A stretch of 64,000 nucleotides of DNA, from the NCBI GenBank assembly GCA_052034235.1, contig JBPOIT010000009.1, positions 72,203-136,202 on the forward strand. Direction: 5' to 3'. Shown piece by piece: positions 55,939 to 64,000 of this stretch. Made by a program: the position numbers and the translations under genes. Under the pieces are notes generated by a model, which saw only the letters and a program-made list of their open reading frames with translations, was not told the origin of the DNA and made no database searches. This DNA comes from Candidatus Levyibacteriota bacterium (lineage in GTDB: Bacteria > Patescibacteriota > Microgenomatia > Levybacterales > UBA12049). How positions within the stretch are numbered: the first letter of the stretch is position 1; each line of letters begins with the position of its first letter.

Positions 55939-56637
55939 TTATTTACCTTGCAGTTCCTGAAGCTTTTTCTCAAGCAGTTTGAATTGTTCCTCTGGTGTCT
56001 CTGTTTGATTAAATAAATAACTTGTGGCGACAAATCTATTTGCACCAGCAGCAGCAGCGAGTGCAATTGTTTCGTCGTTAATGCCGCCATCCACTTCAAT
56101 CGGCAGAAATTCATTTTTTTCTCGTAAGGTTTTCACTTTTTGCAGGAGAGATTCTTCAAAAGTTTGTCCTGAAAAGCCTGCTTGTATAGTCATGACAAGA
56201 ACTGCATCCAGGTCATCAAGTGGGACTTTAATAGCGTCAAGTGTTGATTGCTTATCAATTGCTAATGCGACTTCTCCATAGAGTTGAGCTTCTGCTACAA
56301 ATGCTTCCTGGTCAGGCATTTTTTCTATATGACCAATAAATCGGTGGAACCCTGCATCAGCCCATTTTTTAATATGAGCAAGCGGGTCTTCAACCATAAG
56401 ATGCACTTCAAAAACAAGTCCTTTATCATTTACAAATTGTCCACGCTGTCCGCCAGGTAATTCTTTGGTCCATTTCATAAACGGAGTAGGGTCTGCAAAA
56501 GTTGTATTATTGGCAAATTTGCCGTCGATAACATCGATGTGGACTGTTTTTATAAGCGGCTTAACTTTCTCGATTTTCTCTTCGATTTCTTCAAAATTTT
56601 TATTCTCAGTACCAGGGCTGGGGACTATTTCAAACAT
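55939..56637 (-). CDS. rpe: ribulose-phosphate 3-epimerase
   Basis: Rpe catalytic blocks HIDVIDG, HLMVEDP and DGGIN. Confidence 0.8.
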   Translation of the reverse strand: MFEIVPSPGTENKNFEEIEEKIEKVKPLIKTVHIDVIDGKFANNTTFADPTPFMKWTKELPGGQRGQFVNDKGLVFEVHLMVEDPLAHIKKWADAGFHRFIGHIEKMPDQEAFVAEAQLYGEVALAIDKQSTLDAIKVPLDDLDAVLVMTIQAGFSGQTFEESLLQKVKTLREKNEFLPIEVDGGINDETIALAAAAGANRFVATSYLFNQTETPEEQFKLLEKKLQELQGK

Positions 56638-56640
56638 AGG

Positions 56641-57144
56641 TTAGTAATTCTCTAATATCTTTATCTTTTCAATTCGTCGCATGTGGCGCGGATTTGTCGG
56701 ACCTGGTGCTGAAAGAAAAAGTTCAACTGCTTTAAAAACGTCTTCTTCTTTTACAAACCTGATGCCAATTGAAAGGACATTTGAACCATTATGTTCACGT
56801 GTGAGTTTAAGCATTTCAAATGAGTCAGTACTTTGCGATCCTTCAGCATTGATTGCTTGTGTAGGAACAGCGGGGGTATAGAACAATGCGCAGCGGACGC
56901 CTTTAATTTTGTTTGCAACCATAGCTTCACCTTGTCCAGAACCGCCAAAGACAATACCTCTCGCATTTTCAGGATCCTTCCCAACTGCTAGTGCAGCTTT
57001 GCTGATAAAATCAGGATAATCATCGTCCTTATCATACGTATATGCTCCGCAATCCTCAACCTCATAACCTTTTTCTTTCAAAAACGGTATGAGTTTACCT
57101 TTTAATTCGACCCCTGTATGATCTGTTGCCAAATAAACTTTCAT
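56641..57144 (-). CDS. rpiB: ribose-5-phosphate isomerase B (RpiB/LacAB family)
   Basis: MKVYLATDHTG...GIVFGGSGQGEAMVANK. Start set at the internal ATG 57144; the ORF track's 5' extension has no homology and overlaps the neighbouring gene. Confidence 0.75.
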   Translation of the reverse strand: MKVYLATDHTGVELKGKLIPFLKEKGYEVEDCGAYTYDKDDDYPDFISKAALAVGKDPENARGIVFGGSGQGEAMVANKIKGVRCALFYTPAVPTQAINAEGSQSTDSFEMLKLTREHNGSNVLSIGIRFVKEEDVFKAVELFLSAPGPTNPRHMRRIEKIKILENY

Positions 57145-57148
57145 AGTT

Positions 57149-57688
57149 TTACTTACCGACGATAACTTCTGCGTCTTGGGTAATTGTATCATCAACTGCT
57201 GCTGAAATACTTGCATTGGGATTAGCATCACGAATGTCTTTTTCAAGTAGTGATAAATAGCTATTTTTGCTTTGTTTGACATGAATCGTAATGCCGGTGT
57301 ATGTGAATTTAGCTGCATTACCGATTGTGCCAATATTGTAGCCCAGTTCATCGAGCGTTGATGAAACTCCTTTTGCTGCACCTGCAGTACCGCTGCCATT
57401 AAGAATTGCGACTGTTAACTCACTGCGTTCAAGCTGAGGAGTTGTCGGTGTTGGTAGTGATGTTGGTACAACTGCAACTATCGGTGTTGGAGTAGAAACA
57501 GGAGCAATTGTTTGCAAAATATTTTTTCCACTGCTTGCACCAATGAAATAAAGTGCTGCGAGTGCGGCAATAATTAACAATAGCACGATGAAAAATATGA
57601 GAAAAAGCCGTGGCCTAGGGGATGACCGTTCGACGTAAGAAGGGAATTCAGAAAATGAATCGCTCATGTAAAATTTATTTGCCTGCAT
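57149..57688 (-). CDS. membrane-anchored LytR_C (LytR/CpsA/Psr C-terminal) domain protein
   Basis: N-terminal TM, a Pro/Thr linker, then LTVAILNGSGTAGAAKGVSSTLDELGYNIG, typical of LytR_C. Confidence 0.55.
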   Translation of the reverse strand: MQANKFYMSDSFSEFPSYVERSSPRPRLFLIFFIVLLLIIAALAALYFIGASSGKNILQTIAPVSTPTPIVAVVPTSLPTPTTPQLERSELTVAILNGSGTAGAAKGVSSTLDELGYNIGTIGNAAKFTYTGITIHVKQSKNSYLSLLEKDIRDANPNASISAAVDDTITQDAEVIVGK

Positions 57689-57736
57689 GTTTATTCAGGC
57701 AGATTATGCATAGATACTAGCATATTTTGCTTCACT

Positions 57737-59515
57737 TTGGAATGGTATACTTACTGTATGAAAGAAAAAATTCCCAATAATCCAATACTTTTCGGTTTAT
57801 ATATAAGTAAGATACATAAAAAATGGGCAATGCTTGCACTCCTGTTTGTTTTTATTGCAACGGCAATAAGTCGTTCAACAGTACTCGTTCTCAGTAATCT
57901 CACAGATGCAATTGCTGCCACACCTCTTTCAATGAATGCAATTTGGCTTTGGGCAATTATCTATCCATTGATATTTTTTATGGGCGAAAATACTTGGCGA
58001 CTGAGTGGGTTTTCTGGTATGCGTTGGTTTATGAATTTTCGCTATTCAGGATATCAAATACTTTTTGAATATTTAACTCAACACAGTAAGGAATATTTTA
58101 ATAGTCGTTTTGCGGGATCTCTCTCAAACAAAATAACCAATGCTGTTGACGGAACACAAGCAATTTTTGAACGTTCCCTGTGGAATTTTTTACCGCTCCT
58201 TTTAGGTTTGATATGGTTTAGTGTTTTTGCATTTTCTAGTAATCAACTGCTTGGGATTATCATGTCGTCTTGGTCGATACTCTTTTTGGCAATGAATATC
58301 TGGTTTGCAACACATCTTCAACCACGGTCGTATCTATCTGCCAAAGCAGGATCAGTCCTTAAGGGGAGAATTGTTGATTCTCTTTCTAATATCTCTTTGG
58401 TTCACGAATATGCTTACGTAGCAGGGGAGCATTCCTACATACGGAAATTTGTTAAAAGAGATCGAGATGCTGGGTTTGCCTTATGGAGAATGAGTGAATG
58501 GATGCTCTTTATTAACGGTGTTTTGATTACGGTTTTTATGCTTGGGATGATTGGTACTTCAATATTCCTTTTTCAACAGCAAACAGTAAGTGCAGGAGTT
58601 GTGGTCATGGTTATCGCTATTTCACTCAAACTTTCTGATCAGTTATTATTTTTGGGTATGGAAATACGTGATGTCACAAGGTTTTATGGAGAAGCAAAGG
58701 AAGGATTAGAGGAAATTCTTAAGGAACTTGTCATTATTAATGCCCCAGGTGCTCTGAGTGTCGATTTTGAAAAAGGTTTAATTGAGATTGAATCTATAGA
58801 ATTTGAGTATGAAAATACCAAAGTTTTTTCTGATTTTTCTCTGCATATTCCTGCAGGACAAAAAATAGGTTTTGTAGGAAGAAGTGGTGCGGGTAAAACA
58901 ACATTTGTTTCACTGCTGCTTCGGCATTTTGATATTCAAAAAGGCGAAATAAAAATTGACGGACATAATATCTCAAGTGTCACACTTGAGAGTTTGAGAC
59001 GTGCGATTGCTTTTGTGCCGCAAGATACAAGTCTTTTTCATAGAACAATTACTGAGAACATTCGTTACAGTAATCCAACGGCAACTGATGAACAAGTTAT
59101 TAAAGCAGCACATTTGGCTCAAGCACATGATTTTATTGAAAAACTTCCCGAAGGATATAATACGTTAGTGGGAGATCGGGGTGTGAAATTATCAGGAGGG
59201 CAAAGACAGCGAATCACAATTGCCAGAGCTTTTCTTAAAAATGCCCCTGTACTTATACTTGATGAAGCAACAAGTAGTCTTGATAGTGAAAGCGAACATG
59301 CAATTCAGATGTCACTTGAAGAGCTAATGAAAAATCGTACAGTCATTGCAATTGCTCATAGACTTTCAACACTGAAAAAAATGGACAGAATAATAATTAT
59401 CGAAGACGGAAAAATTGTTGAAGATGGGGCTCCAGATTTCTTATTGCAAAGGAATGATAGTCTTTTCAAAAGTATGTGGGATCATCAAGTGAAGGGCTTT
59501 ATCGTTGATGACTAA
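57737..59515 (+). CDS. ABC transporter fused permease/ATPase exporter (MsbA-like)
   Basis: 6-TM N-terminal domain, Walker A GRSGAGKTT, ABC signature LSGGQRQR, and Walker B ILDEATS. Confidence 0.85.
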   Translation: MEWYTYCMKEKIPNNPILFGLYISKIHKKWAMLALLFVFIATAISRSTVLVLSNLTDAIAATPLSMNAIWLWAIIYPLIFFMGENTWRLSGFSGMRWFMNFRYSGYQILFEYLTQHSKEYFNSRFAGSLSNKITNAVDGTQAIFERSLWNFLPLLLGLIWFSVFAFSSNQLLGIIMSSWSILFLAMNIWFATHLQPRSYLSAKAGSVLKGRIVDSLSNISLVHEYAYVAGEHSYIRKFVKRDRDAGFALWRMSEWMLFINGVLITVFMLGMIGTSIFLFQQQTVSAGVVVMVIAISLKLSDQLLFLGMEIRDVTRFYGEAKEGLEEILKELVIINAPGALSVDFEKGLIEIESIEFEYENTKVFSDFSLHIPAGQKIGFVGRSGAGKTTFVSLLLRHFDIQKGEIKIDGHNISSVTLESLRRAIAFVPQDTSLFHRTITENIRYSNPTATDEQVIKAAHLAQAHDFIEKLPEGYNTLVGDRGVKLSGGQRQRITIARAFLKNAPVLILDEATSSLDSESEHAIQMSLEELMKNRTVIAIAHRLSTLKKMDRIIIIEDGKIVEDGAPDFLLQRNDSLFKSMWDHQVKGFIVDD

Positions 59516-59555
59516 ATTCATGCATGGTTTGATCTAATTTGCTATAATAGACTCC

Positions 59556-61262
59556 ATGCCCATGAAAAAATTACTTACTACTCTTCTTGTCGTCGTCGCA
59601 GTTTTTTCTTCTTTTGTACTCTTTCAGTCTCAAGCTCAGGCTGATGAACTTGAGGATATTAATAAAGAACTCGCCAAATTAAGTGATGAACTTACCAAAT
59701 CAGTAGCAGCAACAAAACCTCTTGAATCTGAACTTGTTAGTATACAAGGGAGAATCGTCAGTATAAAAGGTCGGGTAGGGCAAATTGAACAGGATATGGT
59801 TGTTAAACGGAAAGAAATAGATAAAGGCTATAAAGCGCTTACGGAAAAGGAAAAAGTGTTGTCAAAGACGATTCGCGAATTTTATGTACAGAGTTATTAT
59901 GATTCACCACTCCTTGTTTTTTTATCACTTGACTCTGCTTCTCAAGTAACCCAGGCACTTGCCTATCAAAAAGCAAAAACAGACCAAGATAAAGCAATTA
60001 TTACTAACGTTGCACTCTCACTTGTTGATTTGGAGAAGAAAAAAAACCAGCTCGAAATTGAACAAAAACAGATGGTATCCCTTAAAGCCTCTCTTGATAC
60101 TCAGTCCGCAAAACTTGATGAAGTTGTTAAAGGGGCAAAAAGTTACCAGGCAAACTTAAGCGGTAAAATTTCAGAACTCTCTGCTAAACAGCAGGAAATT
60201 ATTAATGCGAAAAGTGGAGGATTTACCGTCAGTGGGAATAACGAACTTGCTGATGAATATATAGCCTCAATCCAGGGATTTCGTGAATCTGCGCCTGCAG
60301 GGTCTTTTGGTATTTTCTCTTTTGGTGCATATACCCACCGTAATGGTATGAGCCAATATGGTGCAAAAGCAAGAGCAGATGCCGGTCAATCTGTTGAAGA
60401 TATTTTAAAGGCATATTATCCCAACGCGACCCTTAAAAAGGACTATTCAGTTATGGGAACGATTCAAGTTGATGGTCATGGCTCCATGCCTTTTGAAGAT
60501 CAATATTTGCAGGGAATTTATGAAATGCCTGGAGGTTGGCATATTAATGCATTGAAAGCACAAGCCGTTGCCGCTCGCACATATGCCGTTCGCTATACAG
60601 ATAATGGATCAAAGGCAATTTGTACAACTGAGTCGTGTCAGGTCTTTAAAAATGAGAAAAAAGGAGGTAATTGGGAAGTGGCGGTTAATGAAACAAAAGG
60701 TTGGGTGCTTGTCGATAGCGGTGGAGGTCTGGTTTCTACACAATATGCATCAACGCATGGAGGATTCAGTAACACTGGCGGGTGGGACACAACAGACGGC
60801 GCAGGTGGAGCTAATTTTATTGATAAAGCATACGAAAAACTAGGAGGTTCTCCATGGTTATACAAAGCATGGTGGCGAGAACATTACAGTAATTCAGGAG
60901 CAACATGTGGACGGTCTAGTCCTTGGTTAAGTGCCGTTGAGATGGCAGATATCGTTAATGCTGCAATCGCCCTCAAAACACCAGGTATTGACACTGGCAG
61001 AATTACACCAGTAACCACGTCGTGCTGGGGTGGAAATCCTTATAGTCATGATGAGCTGAGAAAGATGGTTGAAGGAAATGGTGGTTTAAGTGCCGCAACG
61101 AGTGTCTCAGTATCACAAGGTAATGGATCAACAAATTCGGTAACTATTAATGGCGTCAATATCAATGGAAATGATTTTAAGACAGCATTTAATTTGCGTG
61201 CACCAGGATATGTTCGTATACCACAAACAGGATTTGCCTTCTTTAATATTGAAAAGAAATAA
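59556..61262 (+). CDS. secreted coiled-coil protein with a C-terminal SpoIID/LytB domain
   Basis: Signal peptide, a long coiled-coil, then GWHINALKAQAVAARTYAV, typical of SpoIID. Confidence 0.65.
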   Translation: MPMKKLLTTLLVVVAVFSSFVLFQSQAQADELEDINKELAKLSDELTKSVAATKPLESELVSIQGRIVSIKGRVGQIEQDMVVKRKEIDKGYKALTEKEKVLSKTIREFYVQSYYDSPLLVFLSLDSASQVTQALAYQKAKTDQDKAIITNVALSLVDLEKKKNQLEIEQKQMVSLKASLDTQSAKLDEVVKGAKSYQANLSGKISELSAKQQEIINAKSGGFTVSGNNELADEYIASIQGFRESAPAGSFGIFSFGAYTHRNGMSQYGAKARADAGQSVEDILKAYYPNATLKKDYSVMGTIQVDGHGSMPFEDQYLQGIYEMPGGWHINALKAQAVAARTYAVRYTDNGSKAICTTESCQVFKNEKKGGNWEVAVNETKGWVLVDSGGGLVSTQYASTHGGFSNTGGWDTTDGAGGANFIDKAYEKLGGSPWLYKAWWREHYSNSGATCGRSSPWLSAVEMADIVNAAIALKTPGIDTGRITPVTTSCWGGNPYSHDELRKMVEGNGGLSAATSVSVSQGNGSTNSVTINGVNINGNDFKTAFNLRAPGYVRIPQTGFAFFNIEKK

Positions 61263-61318
61263 ATTAAGTAGTAAAGCTTATCAAAGACACATAAATGATA
61301 TAATAAAACACACGAACT

Positions 61319-62014
61319 ATGCCTGATATTTTTACAGCACCCCAACAGAAAACACAGGATGAGCCTATTCGGGAGATTCCTTCTCCAACACCTCCTCGTG
61401 AGGAAAGATTGAGTACCTCACTTCCTGCATCAAACAAGGGTACAACGCCAGGTTTATTTACTTCCTATAGACCATTTCCAATAGGTATTAAATTTATCAA
61501 TCAAGAGCATGATGAGCAAATTGTGCTTTTTCTTAGGCGTCACTTTATTACAAATGTACCATGGATATTTTATACAGTGGTGTTTTTGCTGCTTCCTCCA
61601 CTCGTTTTCACTCTTCTTGCAATTACCAATGTCACATTTTTCTCGCTCACTCCTCAGTTGACGTTTGTCTTGGTCGCTTTCTATTATCTTGTTGTTATTA
61701 ACTATGCCTTGGTGAGGTTTATTATTTGGTTTTACCACGTAGGCGTTGTAACAAAGAAGCGGCTTCTAGACTTAGATGTTGACAATATTTTAACCTATCA
61801 TTTGGCTGAGACAAATATTGCTGACATTGTTGATGTTTCTTATTCTCAAAAAGGCTTTTTTCAAAGTTTTTTCAATTTTGGAGATGTGCCAATCCAAACG
61901 GAAGCAATCAAAGCGAATTTCGAGTTTGAGCATACACCGCATCCAGCAGATGTTGCTGATATCTTAACTGATTTGCGGCCCGAATTGAAAGGAAAAAAAC
62001 ATCATGCAACCTAA
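61319..62014 (+). CDS. hypothetical membrane protein
   Basis: Ser/Pro-rich N-terminus and two TM helices. No recognisable domain. Confidence 0.45.
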   Translation: MPDIFTAPQQKTQDEPIREIPSPTPPREERLSTSLPASNKGTTPGLFTSYRPFPIGIKFINQEHDEQIVLFLRRHFITNVPWIFYTVVFLLLPPLVFTLLAITNVTFFSLTPQLTFVLVAFYYLVVINYALVRFIIWFYHVGVVTKKRLLDLDVDNILTYHLAETNIADIVDVSYSQKGFFQSFFNFGDVPIQTEAIKANFEFEHTPHPADVADILTDLRPELKGKKHHAT

Positions 62015-62255
62015 TTTTTCAAACATTATGAATGTGCTCCCGGATGATGCAATACTGCTGATTTTTAAAGTGCTTTTACTGGCTTTAATATTTGTTTTTA
62101 TACTCTTCAGTTTTATTGTCATCAGTCGTGTACGAACGCTAGATCGCACATTATCACTCAGTGCAGCAAATGCGTCAGCTTTTCTAAAAATCGCTGCATT
62201 TTTAATTTTCATGTCGGCTATCTCGCTTTTTATTATTACTCTTGTTATAGTATAA
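62004..62255 (+). CDS. small two-TM membrane protein
   Basis: 83 aa, hydrophobic. Confidence 0.35.
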   Translation: MQPNFSNIMNVLPDDAILLIFKVLLLALIFVFILFSFIVISRVRTLDRTLSLSAANASAFLKIAAFLIFMSAISLFIITLVIV

Positions 62256-62257
62256 AT

Positions 62258-64000
62258 AATGCCCGAATCTTCACTACATCTGTCCAAACCAACCTTGGCA
62301 TACGCAAAACTTGTTGCTACGCCAACTGAGACCTCCTGGTCCCAGGTATATAATGCCGGCAATTTATTCGCTTGTGTCTCCATAACCGTTGAAGGGGAAG
62401 CGGATGAATCCGTTTCACTTGCATCAACAGGCAAAAAACTTCTTGATAATCTTCAGGCAGAGTTCTTTGTTCTCGAAGAAAAATCATTGGTATCAATAAC
62501 GGAGGTAATTCAAAAATGCCTTCAAGAAATTCCTGACTATCTATCTGTTGCAATGACAATAGGCTTTTTTAAGGAAAGCATTTTATATATCTTCGTCGTT
62601 GGACAGGGGCGTGTCATGATGAAGAGGCAAGGGAAAGTCGGTATCCTTTTGGAGAATAAAATACCTCAAAAAGATGTCTTAACAGCCTCGGGATATTTGC
62701 ACAATGAAGATACTATTATTTTGGAGACAAAGCCATTCGCAGAAGATATCAATGATGAAACATTGGTAACAGCGCTTGAACTCTCCATTCCTAACGACAT
62801 CGCGGAAGCACTCTCTCCGCAGTTACATGCAAAAGAAGATGGGCGGCAAGCTGCAATTATTGTCGTTTATCATGGTGTTAGTAAAGGAGTGATGGTCGAT
62901 ACCTCCATGGAAGAGGAAGAAGAGACAATTGGTGAACCATTGCCGTTGGTTGCGGAGGAACATTCTATGAACGCAGAAGATCAACAGAGAGATCCTATTT
63001 TTGAGGAACAGCAAGAAAGAGACGATTTTGAAGAAGCAGAGGAAAATGAAGAACCGAGTGAAAAATCGAGAAAGAAGACAAAATTTACGTTCCCCAAAAT
63101 AGCTGCATTAGGCTTTTTGAATGGAATAGGATCAAAGATTTCAATTCCTGGAGGTTTTAAAATTTCACATACGCGAAAACTCTTTTTAAGTATTATTGTA
63201 ATATTGGTTGTTCTATTGACAGTGAGTATCTTTTTTACCAAAAAAAAGGAAAATGATGCTCAACAACAAGCACTTTTTAAACAAGTTTATGAACCTGCCC
63301 TTAATAAATATGAAGGAGCAAAAGCACTTGAAACCCTCAATAAGGATGTAAGTTATGAAGATTATTTAGAAGCGAAAAAAATACTAACAGCCAGCAGCAA
63401 TAAATTTCCTGAGGGTTCAGAAGAGTCAAAAAAAATAAAAGAGCTTTTAGCAAAAATAGAAGCCGAGTTGTCAGAATCATCTCCAGTGCAATCCGCAAAC
63501 GCAACAGAGGCAAAAGTCGGTCCAAATAGTCTCCTCTCAATTGCAAAAGCAAATAAAGATGCGAAAGCATTTACGCAGGATGATACTGCTGTGTATTATG
63601 TTACCGATAAAGCAATTGTTTCAGTTTCAAAAGGCAGTGGTAGTAAAACAGAAATTATTAAAAACGACGCAGTATGGGAAGACGCAGTAGGAATAGCAAC
63701 GTATCTTGGTAATTTTTATGTGCTTGATCGTAAAAAAGGAATTATTAAATTTGCTGCAGGAGGATATGCTCAGTCATCGTACTTTAAAGACAAACCCGAT
63801 GTCACCTCAGCCAAAGATTTGGCAATCGATAGCTCAGTATGGCTACTTCTTCAAGACGGCACAATCTTAAAATATACAAGCGGTGTCTCTGATGGATATA
63901 AAGCGCCAAAACTTGAAAAAGCAATGTCTGATCCTGCCAAAATCTTTACTGATGCAAACACAAGTAATATCTATATTCTCGACAGGGGAAATAGTCGGGT
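62258..64000 (+). CDS. 5' portion (over 580 codons) of a large membrane protein running off the window: degenerate PP2C-like N-terminal domain, one TM, and an extracytoplasmic repeat region
   Basis: My manual translation from ATG 62258 found no stop through the window end. It is absent from the ORF track, presumably because no stop lies within the window. The IFVVGQGRVMMKRQG block resembles the PPM GDSR region. TM LSIIVILVVLLTVSIFF. C-terminal repeats YVLDRKKG and YILDRGNS. Confidence 0.5.

Noticed and set aside
1-64000. rRNA genes, tmRNA, RNase P RNA, prophage
   Set aside because: I recognised none by reading the sequence. The intergenic regions are short and explained by promoters and tRNAs. 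No phage structural or integrase genes are present.

Overview
This is a low-GC, gene-dense chromosomal segment with the classic origin-proximal synteny rpmH-rnpA-yidD-yidC-jag on the minus strand, diverging from dnaA-dnaN on the plus strand, with perfect DnaA boxes. It most likely comes from a small-genome monoderm bacterium, possibly CPR/Patescibacteria-like; that placement is inference. Housekeeping genes include pgk, a DedA protein, a TerC-like protein, glutamate dehydrogenase, class-1 FBPase, rpe, rpiB, two tandem class-A PBPs, a SpoIID-like protein, an MsbA-like ABC exporter, an RND pump with its membrane-fusion partner, and a Ni-SOD with its SodX-like maturation peptidase. Immediately after dnaN lies a roughly 20 kb non-canonical type-IV-secretion/pilus-like locus. 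It contains a LAS metallopeptidase, two paralogous secreted proteins, a 700-aa membrane protein carrying a DUF11 Ig-like domain and an SLT lytic-transglycosylase motif, a VirB4 ATPase, a PrgI/VirB3-like protein, three tandem VirB2/TrbC-like pilins, a K-to-R P-loop NTPase fused to a C-terminal OmpR winged helix, a 2007-aa protein with no signal peptide, and a VirB6-like polytopic protein. No coupling protein, relaxase or integrase is present. Downstream is a tRNA island with five class-II Ser-type tRNAs and one Arg(GCG) tRNA. One Ser-type tRNA reads as an ACU anticodon and the Arg tRNA has G34. tRNA-Ser(GCU) anchors an array of six degenerate direct repeats. Each repeat copies the tRNA 3' end plus its 3' flank, which carries an extended -10 box 6-7 nt before a leaderless ATG. 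The repeats separate single small accessory genes: a membrane peptide, hypotheticals, a cupin, a GNAT and a PRTase. A free-standing double-motif LAGLIDADG homing endonuclease abuts the tRNA. An unlisted open frame of more than 580 codons runs off the 3' edge of the window.
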